Made by a program: the position numbers and the translations under genes
Shown: in pieces, positions 25,255-37,904 of the stretch
Layout: the number at the start of each line of letters is the position of its first letter
How positions within the stretch are numbered: the stretch's first letter is position 1
Notes under the pieces: generated by a model
What the model was told of the DNA's origin: nothing
The model's input: only the letters and a program-made list of their open reading frames with translations
The model's database searches: none
Assembly (NCBI RefSeq): GCF_006345805.1
Contig: NW_021835984.1
Span: forward strand, 1-64,000
Direction: 5' to 3'
Source of the DNA: Octopus sinensis
Lineage: Eukaryota
DNA: 64,000 nt

Positions 25255-26326
25255 TGTAAGGACCGTGTAATGTGAGGCAACGAGAAAGTATCATTAGGAC
25301 ATCACACAGCCCTCACAGTAAATATAAAGATTTGAATGGTACATATAAGTGCCAGAGAGAACAAGGAGACACAACTGCGTAGAATGATTAAGAGAAGATT
25401 TATTGATATGTAAACATGAGTGTCTGTGTGTACATCATGTATGCAGAATAATAGACAGGCCGTCATGGGAACAAATGTATGTGTGCGTGTAAGCAGAGAT
25501 GTATGCGCGTGTTAAGAACATATAAGAATGGCAATGAAAAAGGAGACAGTGAAAGAGTCTATAGCCATCAAAGTGAGAAGTAAGTTCATGTACACAAGAA
25601 AGAGAATACCAGTTCGTAGTCAAAGGTTCACGGCAGTTGAAATACTGTATCAAGAAGTAGCGGCCATAATGCTGAGCCGGTTACAGGTACATGTCGTACG
25701 TGAAGCCATCGCTGTAATTTTGCTGCCTAGATCATTTGATACAGAAGTTCATGCAGGTTGCATATTCGCTGTTGACTCGTGGTGAAGTAATTCACGAATA
25801 GTGAAGTGTTGGAACCTGAGTGAAATGCTTGCTGAGCTGTGTATGTAGAGAGATGATGTTGACGACGTTAAGGACAAGAAAGTGGCAACGAAGACAGAGG
25901 TTGCCGTAATGCTGTTGGACGAAGTTAGTAAGTCTCAACGTGGCTGCCGTGGTAGATGTGTTGTCTGGAGCAGTCCCTGGAACTGGCTGTGTCGTGTGTG
26001 GTCAGTGGCTAAACCTTAAAAGGCCTGGAGCCGAAAGGCTTCGAAAAGAGAAAGTGAGTTTATATAAGGGGTTGTAGGCTCAAAAACTGGGTTGAGAACA
26101 GGCTGTCTCACGTGATTGTATTTAGAGCCTCCTATTGGTTATACGCGGTAAATTGGCGCGACAGAATAAGAGACAAATTGCACTAATACCAACCAATCAG
26201 AGTAGTGGACACAACGAGATCCAAATAGCGGCCAAAGGCTAGCTGTTACCGGCTACGTTCGAATATATGTATATTTAATAAAGGGAGAGAGGAATTTCAG
26301 TGTCTATACCACAGATATACGCTACA
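25255..26326 (-). mobile_element. Probable solo LTR (~1.07 kb)
   Basis: TG...CA termini with 4-bp TGTG flanks. On the minus strand: CCAAT boxes, CACGTG, TATATAAA (26059-26066), then AATAAA (~25400). A microsatellite-free island. Confidence 0.5.
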
Positions 26327-26328
26327 TG

Positions 26329-26359
<31 letters not shown>

Positions 26360-26589
26360 ATTCAACTTTGTCTGTGTGTCTGTATGTATGTATAAACGAG
26401 GCGGGATTGAAAAGTTCCTGAGTTTAATGGTATCACGAAAGGCCTGGTTGGAGGCTCAACCTTCCGAGTTATTTTACAGGGTTTGGAACGAATCGACCCC
26501 AGGGAACGCCGGTCCATACACACACACATGCGCACACGCACGCACACACACATACATACATACATACATACATACATACATACATACAT

Positions 26590-26645
<56 letters not shown>

Positions 26646-26729
26646 GAAACTTAGCCAGAAATTTCGCAAAATATTCGTCGTCTGATTAGTAACATGCTTA
26701 ATAGGGTCCTTGCATTTACTTCTGTCATG

Positions 26730-26761
<32 letters not shown>

Positions 26762-26765
<4 letters not shown>

Positions 26766-27700
26766 CATGACAGACGTAAATGCAAGGACCCTATTAAGCA
26801 TGTTACTAATCAGACGACGAATATTTTGCGAAATTTCTTGCTAAGTTTCATGCAATAGTCTCAAAAAATCTGGCGCTTTGAAGATTCTTTCTTGTTCTTT
26901 TTATGAAGTGTCTGTCCATTATGTCTCAGAGGTGTTCAATAGGTTTCATATCTGGTGACTGTCTTGGCCATGGAACGTTTTTAATGCCGTTCTTATCCAA
27001 CAAATCTAGGATCATTTTAGCCATATGACAAGGAACCCCATCTTCCATAAATAGTCTTCTTTAATCATTTCAACACTGGAGAAAATTGGAAGGACTCCTT
27101 TCTGCAATATTGACACATATTTATCTGAGTTTATGTTTCCCTCACACTCCACCAGCTCTGATCAACCATTGTTCCAAATTGCTCCCCAGACCATCATAGA
27201 ATAGCTGCTGGATTTCATTGTTGGCTGCATTCTTTTCACATCAAATTCTTGATCAAAGTGTCTCCAGACCCACACTCGACCACTGTCAGGAAATACAGCA
27301 AATCTGAACTCATCAGAGAATATACCAGTGTCCCAAAATGCTAGTGGTCTCTCCAGCATCTCACTGGCCCAATCTTTTCTCCGCTTGATGTTGGCTGATC
27401 GAAGAAGTAGTTTCCTTCTTGCTGCTCTGCCATAGTAACCAAGTTTGTAGAGATACATGGCAACTGTTCTGGAACTGACATCAAATTGTTCTGCTATGTC
27501 AGAGACCTTGCAACGAGTATTATTCTCCACACATCTCTTAAAAGAGGAGAAGAGTCCTGTCAGAGGACCCTGGTTGATCTAGGCGAGGTGATGCGAACTC
27601 CTTCTCCTCTCTAGTGAATCGCACAATCACTATTAACTGTAGAAAGCGATTTTATGCTATATCCACCTTCAGAAGGACCCACAATACGGCCTCTTTGAAA
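26762..27700 (-). pseudogene. Tc1-like (DD34E) transposase relic
   Basis: IFSDEFRF..GRVWVWR..MMVWGAI, then FMEDGVPCH...WPRQSPDMKPIEHL* with 34 residues between D and E; stops and frameshifts. Confidence 0.9.
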
Positions 27701-28184
27701 TTCAGACAGTTCCAAGGCTTCTTTTGTACAGGGAATGATTAAACAGTCAAATATAAAACCTGAAATATAAAAACGTCAATTAATAAAAAATATAAACCTT
27801 TACAAGTTAGAATAAACAAAAAACGATGTTTTATGGGGTGTCTATTTATTTCTGCGTATTTGTCTGTGTATATCGATATGTCTGTGTATATCGATATGTC
27901 TGTGTATATATACATGTCTGTGTATATACACGATAGGCTTCTTTTAGTTTCCGTCTACCAAATCCACTCACAAGGCTTTGGTCTGCCCGAGGCTACAGTA
28001 GGAGACACTTATCCATGATACCATGCAGTGGGACTGAACCTTGAACTATGAGGTTGCAAAAAACAAGCTTCTTACCACACAGCCACGCCTGCTCCTATAA
28101 TAAGGAGATATATAAAAGGAAGCACTGAATTTATATCAAGTTTTCTCCAATATTAGAACTTTCGAATCCATACTTAACACCACC

Positions 28185-28310
28185 TTAATCCTTTAGCACT
28201 TAAACTAGCCATATCCGCCCAAAATATTTTACTCGATTTATGTTCAACCCGGCCAGATCCGGCTTCTCTCACTTACCTTACAATGTCATTCAAAAGATAA
28301 ACAGTTTTGA
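28185..28310 (+). mobile_element. Possible piggyBac-type MITE end fragment
   Basis: TTAA-TCCTTTAGCAC start resembles TTAA|CCC termini; no partner end seen. Confidence 0.3.
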
Positions 28311-28681
28311 AATGAGTTTTAAAAAATATAACCTACAAAGTTAATAAGCTAGGGAGTAGGAGGAGGGGGTCATAGAGAGAGAGAGAGAGTATGAAACCGA
28401 AAAGTATATATTTCTTTACTACCCACAAGGGGCTAAACACAGAGGGGACAAACAAGGACAGACAAACGGATTAAGTCGATTACAGATGTCGACAATCAGC
28501 TAAAACTTTTGAAATAACAAATGAGTGAGCTGAGTAATTAATTAAAGTAATAATTAGTGGAAACATTAAAAAATACCAAATATGTAGGACGCAAGTAATT
28601 GTTGTGAAAAATTAACTTTATAAAGCTACTTTTAACCAAAATTTGTTACTTCATAAAGTTTATTATTCATGTAATTATATA

Positions 28682-28945
28682 ATGTAATAATAAATGCGCC
28701 CTTTTAAAGCCTAGCCAGGCTCATGGGTCCGGTTTCCCGGTTTCAATGGCGTATGTGTGCCCCAGCTGGACGGGATGCCAGTCCATCGCAGCGTTACTCA
28801 TTTTTGCCAGCTGAGTGGACTGGAGCAACGTGAAATGAAGTGTTTTGCTCAAGAACACAACGCGTCGCCCGGTCCAGGAATCGAAACCACAATCTTACGA
28901 TCGATCATGATGCTGACACCCTAACCACTAAACCACGCGCCTCCA
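28682..28945 (-). mobile_element. SINE family D (tRNA head GGAGGCGCGTGG...), 14-bp TSD
   Basis: A/B-box-like motifs; CATGTAATTATATA duplicated at 28668-28681 and 28946-28959. Confidence 0.85.
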
Positions 28946-29200
28946 CATGTAATTATATAGGTTTATCAAAATATTTATCTTGGCATTACACCAAAAGTAT
29001 CGTGTAATTAACTAAAGGCGTCCATTCCGAAAATACTCTAACAGCATTTTAATTCAAATTCTGGTCAGCTGCATCATATTCCCACAATGTCTTACAATGG
29101 TCAGAAATGTGTCTTGTCTTCCATCATAAGTAAGGTACGGTGGCTTCTAGAGCATTATTTGAATGGACGCCTTCAGTTAATGACGCTATACACTGGAAAT

Positions 29201-29587
29201 GGAGGCGCAATGGCCCAGTGGTTAGGGCAGCGGACTCGCGGTCATAGGATCGTGGTTTCGATTCCCAGACCGGGCGTTGTGAGTGTTTATTGAGCGAAAA
29301 CACCTAAAATCCCCACGAGGCTCCGGCAGGGGGTGGTGGTGATCCCTGCTGTACTCTTTCATCACAACTTTCTCTCACTCTTACTTCCTGTTTCTGTTGT
29401 ACCTGTATTTCAAGGGGCCGGCCTTGTCACTCTCTGTGTCACGCTGAATATCCCCGAGAACTACGTTAAGGATACACGTGTCTGTGGAGTGCTCAGCCAC
29501 TTACACGTTAATTTCACGAGCAGGCTGTTCCGTTGATTCGGATCAACCGGAACCCTCGTCGTCGTAACCGACGGAGTGCTTCCATCC
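29201..29587 (+). mobile_element. SINE family C, full length, 11-bp TSD
   Basis: A-box TGGCCCAGTGG, B-box-like GTTTCGATTCC; ACACTGGAAAT duplicated at 29190-29200 and 29588-29598. Confidence 0.9.
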
Positions 29588-29905
29588 ACACTGGAAATAA
29601 ATATTTAATTAATTAATAACAACTATATGAAGTAACAGATTTAGGTTAATATTAGTCAATAAAGTTTAGCACGTCAGGCGAAATGCTTAGCGGCATTTTG
29701 TCCGTTTTTGTATTTTGAATTCAAATTCCGCCAAGGTCGACTTACCTTTTTGGAGTACCTTTTGGCCAGGATTACCGGGTGGCCGGAACTGTTGGTTGCC
29801 GTATTTTTAACTGTCTTTCTTCTTTCTTTTTCTCTTCTTCGTCTTTCATCGAACTGGTTTTTTACTTTGTTTGGACTTTTGTTTTTTTCTGAACTTTTTC
29901 AAAGC

Positions 29906-31124
29906 ATGACGAAGAAAATGAACACTGCGTTGAAGTGGGAAATTATCCCACCCAAGCAATGGTTGAAAAACTTAGAGAAAAGAACGGTAGTGTTGAGGAC
30001 TTATTCTAAGTCACTCGACACCATCGCGGTCTTTCCTATGACAGAAATCGAAAAAGAGTTGGCAGAATATCTGCCAACTATTAAGATTATTTCCAGGGAT
30101 GTTAGATATGCAACGGTGTGGTTGCTATTTGACACCCCTGAGGTTGCTCGCAAATTTGCGAGCCAGCCCTTAGAAGAGCAAAAGATTCTGTTTCTTCCCA
30201 CATATTGTGGGAAGAAATTAACAAGAGCGTGGGTCTGTGGGATGCCACCGGGCATTGAACCGGAATGGATAGAGGACACTATCCATCGGGGTCGGGGTCT
30301 GGGTGGCAGCGGGCCCAAGCTTTTAAATGCGAAATTATTGCCGCGGTTGATTGGGTGGGGTCAAAAGCGGTTTTGACCCTATGGACCCAATCAGCCGCTA
30401 AAGATCTGGTATTTCCAGATTTTCTTAAAATGACCGGTTGCAGGTACCCAGTGATACTTGAGGGACGCCCCCCACCAGTGTCACCTGTGCCTGGAATCGG
30501 GCCATATTAAGAAGAACTGTCCCCAGAACCGAAGTAGGGTCCTGGAGCAGTTAATATAAGTAGCACCCCCTCCTTCTTTGGAGGGAGAGATGGAGGCAGT
30601 CGAGGAGGTGGAGGCCTCCTCGAAAAAAGGAAGAAGGTGGGCAACAATGGTTGCCCACCGAAGGACCCCAAAGCTGCGGGAGGGAGGGAAGATCCTCCGG
30701 ATAAAGCGGAGGAACTGCACCCACCCGTTGCACAATGGAGAAAAGAAAAGAGGACGAAGAATGGGACATGGCGGCGGTTAATAGTACACTGCCGGCATGT
30801 CCTGAAACCTCGTTGGTGGGAATTGTGCCACCGACGGAGGAAACTGAGGCCCCTCCCATTATGATGAAGGATGATTTTGTGATCTTCTTCCATAAGGGAG
30901 GGGCAGTACATAATTTTCTGAAGAAGCTAGTGGGGCGGAAGGAAGTGGTCCTGTCCTGGACTGAAGACCCGATTTTACCTCCGCAGGTAACTGCAGAGGT
31001 CATAATGGAAGATGATATGTTCAGATTGATGGACTCCTTTCCCAAGGAACAATATAGGAGCCCCGACTTGGAACTGCAGGGTTGCCTGCGGGAGGCATAT
31101 AGCCTGGTCGGGGAAGAAAGATAA
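29906..31124 (+). pseudogene. Frameshifted ORF1/gag-like protein of a non-LTR retroelement (RRM-like region + CCHC zinc knuckle)
   Basis: ATG at 29906; VILEGRPP then (shifted frame) CHLCLESGHIKKNC = CX2CX4HX4C at 30479-30520; several frameshifts; no ORF2 downstream. Confidence 0.7.
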
Positions 31125-31408
31125 GAGGCCTTAGTGCCCCAATTTGAATTTGTATTGTTTGTATTTTTTTTTGTCAGAGGCTCAGCGCCTCAATTTATAA
31201 GGACGATTGAACTGAGGTAAGAGGTTCAATACCTCATTTTAATTTGTCGCAAAAACAAAAAAGGGAACAATGTTTCCGAGAATTCAAAAATCGGGGGGCG
31301 TTGTTTGCTTCTCCCACCAACCCTATTTTTCATTCCATTAATCATTGTGTCTTTGTCCAACCCACAGCTACATCTTTGTAAGGCTGTATAGTCAATTTTA
31401 TGAAATAG

Positions 31409-31800
31409 AGATGCTTACTTCCCAATCACTTGGTTCCGAGTTCAGTCCCACTGCGTGGCACCTTGGGCAAGTGTCTTCTACTGTAGCCTCGGGCCGACCA
31501 AATGCCTTGTGAGTGGATTTGGTAGACGGAACTGGTTTACTCTCTCCGTATATATATATAATATATATATATATATATAATATATATATATATATGCATA
31601 TATATATATATATGTGTGCGTGTGTGTGTGTGTGGGTCTGTGTGTGTATGTTTGTGTGTCTGTATTTGTCCCCCCACATCGCTTGACAACCGATGCTGGT
31701 GTGTTTACGTCCTCGTACTTTGCGGTTCGGCAAAAGAGACCGATAGAATAAGTACTGGGGTCGATTTGTCTGGCGGTGCTGTAGCATGGCCGCAGTCAAG
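31409..31800 (+). mobile_element. SINE family A, 5'-truncated
   Basis: B-box, core, microsatellite and partial tail. Confidence 0.85.
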
Positions 31801-31808
31801 TGGCTCAA

Positions 31809-31890
<82 letters not shown>

Positions 31891-32299
31891 AAAAAAATAT
31901 ATATAAAAAATACAAAATGGGACAAGAACGCAAAACACTCAAATAGACAACACAAAAACGGACGGGTCATTCGAAGCCTCTAATCTTCAGTCAAGAACCG
32001 GATCATCCTTGCAATTTCGGCTGATTAGAGAGGGAGAGAGAGAGAGAGAGAGAGAGGAGTAACAGAGAGACAGAGAGAGAGAAAGACAGGGTGAAAGAGG
32101 GAGCGTGTGTGTGTGTGTGTGGTCACAAGACATACAAGTGGAATGTAAACAATATACGTACAAGAAAACCATCCTAGTTCTTGATGTTGACGTTGTTCTG
32201 GTTATCAAAATTTCTCATAACAGAAAATAAGGGGTCAAGAGATAGATAAAGAATGGTTATCTCTTCAGACAGTCAGACCACTCCAGACACTCTCTTGTT

Positions 32300-33400
<1,101 letters not shown>

Positions 33401-33439
33401 GAGCAGTGACGACAGCTTTGGAACTTTGACCGAAAACGA

Positions 33440-34725
33440 AAAGAAGCAGAGATTACATCAACCCCCGTGCTCTATTGGTACTTGTTTTATCGATGCCAAA
33501 TTGATGAAAGGCAAAGTTGACCACAGCGGAATTTGAAATCCCAAAGTAAAGAGCCTTGAGTAACACCGCTTAACATGCTGTCCGATGTGCTAACAAATTA
33601 GTGCCTTTACATAATAGTAATTATTCTTTCTACTGAAGGCGCAGACCTGAAATTTTGTGGGAGAGGGCTAGCTGATTACATCAACCCGAATGCTTAATTA
33701 GATCTTATATTGTCGACCCCGAAAGGATGAAAGGCAAAGTCGACCTCAGCGGCATTCGAACTGAGAATGTAAAGACGGACGAAATGAAGCTTAGCATTTT
33801 GTCCGGCGTGCTAACTTTTTTGTCAACTCATTTCCTTTATTTAATTTCGTGAATAACCCTTTGTATTAAAGGTATAAGGTCTGAAATTTTGGTGTCGATT
33901 CCATCGACCCCAGTGTACATGTGCACGTGATAATGTTGACAAAAAACCAGTACTTTTAGGGTCGAAGTTAGTCGATTACATCGACCCAAGTACTCAACTG
34001 GTTCTTTATTTTATCGAACCTGAAAGAGATGAAAGACAAAGTCGACCACGACGACATTTGATCTCAGCACAAGAAGCCGAAAGAAATACCGCTAAGTATT
34101 TCGTCCGACGTGCCTAGGATTCTACTATCCCACCGCTGTCTTTCGTGAATAAGCCTTTCTATAAGGCCTGAAATTTTGGTGAGAGGGGGCTAGTGGATTA
34201 CATCGACCCCAGTACTTGACTGGTACTTATTTCATTGATCCCAAAGGGCGAAAGGCAAAGTCGCCCTCCACAGTATTTGAACTCAGAACGTACAGAAATG
34301 CCGATCAACACTTTGTCCGGCGTGCTAACTGTTCTGCCATCTCACCGCCATACTTTCATAAGGCCTGAAATTTAGGAGAGGAGGAAAGTCAATTACATCA
34401 ATCCCCAGTATTCAACTGGTACTTAATTTATCGACCCCGAAAGGATGAAAGGCAAAGTCGACCTCGACGGAATTTGAAATCAGAACGTAACGGCAGACGA
34501 AATACCTATTTCTTTACTTCCCACAGAGGGGACAAACAAGGACAGACACACGGATTAAGTCGATTACATCGACCCCAGTGCGTAACTGGTACTTAATTTA
34601 TCGACCCCGAAAAGATGAAAGACAAACTCGACCTCGGCGGATTTTGAACTCAGAACGTGACGGCTGGCGAAATACCGCTAAGCATTTCGTCCAGTATGCT
34701 AACATTTCTGGTAGCTCAACACCTT
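33440..34725 (-). repeat. Head-to-tail array of ~6 diverged family-B SINE units
   Basis: Recurrent GATTACATCGACCCC...GAAAGGATGAAAGGCAAAGTCGACC modules, all in the same orientation. Confidence 0.8.
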
Positions 34726-35338
34726 GATACTTTCATAAAAAAATTTTTTTAATGTTAGATTTCGGGACAGGCTTTTTCTATCTTTTTTTTTTCCCAAATA
34801 CCCGCACTTTATATTCGTTCTTCACATCAGCTTTATTAACGTTCTTACTTTACTGTCAATAAGAACAGAAATAAAACAGAAGTGAAGAACGAATAAACAG
34901 TGCGTGTATTTATTTGGCTGAAAAAAAATGACCGTACCGAAATATAACCATTAATATCTTTTTCAACCAACAATTTCATATCAGGAATCTTCCAAAACGA
35001 ATATATAAACTTAAAAACAATTTTTAAAAGTATATTTTAGGGATAAGACATCGTAGACATAATGGAAAACTTAAGTAGCTTAGATATCGATTATTTCTGT
35101 TCTTTAAATTCGTTTATTGACTTTGATCTTTTAGTCCTTTTCTTGTGTCAGTCATCCAGTCATTAGAAAGCGGTCATGCTGGGGCACTTCCTTAAAGAAT
35201 TTTAGTCGATCCCAGCACTTTTTTAACTTTGCACTTATTCTGTCGCACTCTTTTGCTGAAGTGCTAGGTCACGGAGACGTAAACACATCAACACCGGTTA
35301 TCAACCGGCGGTGAAGGACACAGACACAAACATATACG

Positions 35339-35340
<2 letters not shown>

Positions 35341-35392
<52 letters not shown>

Positions 35393-35881
35393 TCTAGTTG
35401 TGTGAGTGTCTGTCCCCTTCGATTTAGATTCCTAACTCCTCCCACATTTGCGCGTTTGCAGTTTAACCAAATTCGGGTATCTTATAGTCGTGATTCATAT
35501 CGAGCCCGTCTGACTATTAGCGCGCGTCAACGATGAGTCTACGATTTAAAAATAATTAACATCATTTTTTATTCCATTTTAATGCATAAAATGCATCGTG
35601 TGTCGATGGCGGCGGAGTTGGCGTCCACGCTCACAGCTGCGCCTGTTTGCTTCTCCCCCTTCCCTCCCTCGTGAGCTGTGGGGAAGGGAGTGTAAAGAAA
35701 TCAACGTCGTAATGCGTTGTGAAGGAAACCAGCGTTCTTTTAGAACAACGACTTCATGGCTTGAAGACACCAAAACAAAAATGGCTAAGAAAGCCCGAAT
35801 TTATAAGGGAAGTAACTCTCTAAAAATGCTTATATAGTTATTTCCCTTACAAACCCGAGCAACGCCGGGCGATACTGCTAG
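35341..35881 (+). mobile_element. Helitron-like family 1 copy with extra internal segment
   Basis: 3' hairpin and CTAG|T at 35878-35882; 5' end lost in (TA)n; ~215 bp (35590-35805) not present in the other copies. Confidence 0.72.
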
Positions 35882-35894
35882 TATATATATATAT

Positions 35895-36321
35895 ACAACT
35901 TATAACAAGGGCAAAAGAAAAATAATTCCAATGCCAAATATGCCGAAAATAGACTTAATCGTCAATAACCATGTAATTTATCACTATAAGCACGCGTCTC
36001 GAAAGTAACCCGACAGAAATTTCTAAAAAAATCGGCCCCAATTTCTGTGTTAATTCATTTAAAATTTTCTCGTCATCAGCGATAAATACGATAAGAAATA
36101 TCGTTCTTATCGTATTTATCGCTGATGACGAGAAAATTCTAAATGAATTTACACAGAAATCGGGACCGATTCGATAATAACGAATTTTCTTAGAAATTTC
36201 TGTCGGCTTACTTTCGAGACGCGTGCTTATAGTGGTAACTTATATGGTTATTGACTATTAAGTCTATTTTCGGCATATTTGGCATTGGAATTTTTTTCTT
36301 TTGCCCTTGTTTATAAGTTGT
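35895..36321. repeat. Long imperfect palindrome (fold-back element)
   Basis: Arms 35895-36097 and 36104-36321 are reverse complements around a 6-nt loop. Confidence 0.9.
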
Positions 36322-36401
36322 TTATAAATTTAACCATTAAAGGTATTTTTTAATATGCTGGCCATTGATAAAAAATTTTCGAAACTTTTATCGTATATTA
36401 A

Positions 36402-36489
<88 letters not shown>

Positions 36490-36490
36490 T

Positions 36491-36678
36491 ATATCATCTC
36501 TGAGCGAGACATAACGGTAGCAATACGGAATCGTAACAGATAATTGTCAACGAAATGTGGCGTCCTATACAGGACAGTGCTACTGACGTTTATAGCCCCA
36601 GGAAAATACACCTGGTTGGCAATTATATGTTACGATTCCGTATTGCTACTGTTTATATCTCGCTCAGAGATTTGATAT
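36491..36678. mobile_element. MITE-like element with ~60-bp TIRs
   Basis: ATATCATCTCTGAGCGAGA...CAAC / GTTG...TCTCGCTCAGAGATTTGATAT. Confidence 0.6.
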
Positions 36679-36817
36679 CGAGTGAGAAGGTCGTCTAACG
36701 GATTGTGCCTGTATGTCAAATGTCTAACCTTGTTAAATTGTGTCACGCTGATTCCGTGCGTGAACTACACTTGTGTACACACGTCTGAGGAATGCTTGGT
36801 CACGTAAGCGCTGTGCG

Positions 36818-37115
36818 AAGGCGCGTGGCTTGATGGTTAGAGTATTCAGCTCGAGTGCGAAAGGTCCTGAGTTCGATTCCTGGCGGCGTGTTGTGTCCTT
36901 GAGCCAGGCACTTTATTTCTCGTTGTTTCAGTTCACTCAACCGACAAAAATGATTTCAACCTATATTTGAAAGGGCCGACCTTGTCTTATTCTGTGTCTT
37001 CCTGAATCTCTCTGAAAACTACGTTAAACTATATCTGCGGAGTGCTCAGCCACATGGACGTTAATTTCACGAGCAAGTTGCTCCGTTGATCAGATCAACT
37101 GGAAACTTCGTCGTC
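36818..37115 (+). mobile_element. Old SINE (family D-like head, family C-like tail)
   Basis: AAGGCGCGTGGCTTGATGGTTAG head, GAGTTCGATTCC B-box, tail homologous to 29410-29570. Confidence 0.65.
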
Positions 37116-37544
37116 GAAATTATCGACATGCTTGTCACAAACGCGCTAATTCAGTGAATTGAACTCATGGTCGAATATTCCGTCCGAGATCTCATTTCTT
37201 ATTTTTAGACGCATTACACGTTTAAGAAGTTTTATCCGCAACTACGAGTTCCAAAGTTCGATTTCAGTACGTAACAAACTGATCTATACTTTGTGAGTGA
37301 AACTGATGGAAACTGTACAGAAGTCCTTCGAGTGGATTATACCTGTGATTTAGAGGCTACGTCCTTATCACAAATTGTGTCGCGCTGAATCTCCCATAAT
37401 ATTGTGTTATGAGTACAGCGCGCATGTTTGCTGGATGCTCAATCATTTATACGCTAATTCAAGAGGAGATAATTCAGTCGAATGAATAAATGAATCCACG
37501 TCTTCGAATGACGGATATTCACCTCTACTATACATACGTACATG

Positions 37545-37900
37545 CATACATACTGAGGCCAAAGAAATAAGAACTTATAGTATAGTAGAGGCCATAGCTA
37601 CTCATAATAAAAAGGAGTACTGGTGGAATGTCCCAGCGAAAAACTCAATAAAATGTAAACATGATAGACTAGACATAGTGATTTGGACAGAAAAGAGAAA
37701 CTGTGTACAGTTGTGGAAATAAGCTGCCCAAAGGATGTTAACACAGAGCTAAAGATCAGTGAAAAAGAAAACACCTTCGCGAAAGATTGCGAAATCTACA
37801 TTTACTCTATTCGGCTTACAATTTCAAGTTCATACCTGTAAGTATTGGAGCATTAGAATATCTAACACGCTGCCTAAGTACCAATCTTAGTAGAAACATT
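37545..37900 (+). pseudogene. Restriction-like endonuclease (RLE) domain of an R2-group/R4-Dong-type LINE
   Basis: EYWWNVPAKNSIKCKHDRLDIVIW/DRKEKLCTVVEISCPKDVNTELKISEKENTF..KFIPVSIGAL: PD-(D/E)xK-type LINE RLE signature, frameshifted. Confidence 0.75.
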
Positions 37901-37904
37901 AGAA

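Noticed and set aside
29201-29275. tRNA gene (also other SINE heads)
   Set aside because: A/B boxes are present, but the sequence continues into a repeated SINE body with a TSD and no convincing acceptor stem.
31960-32030. GAAA...CTGAAGA on the minus strand (also 61020-61075) as type-II hammerheads
   Set aside because: No helix III/UH cleavage site can be formed with proper helix I pairing.
36122-36170. CTGATGA-CGA-GAAA as a hammerhead
   Set aside because: Only 3 nt between core halves (no helix II) and helix I does not pair.
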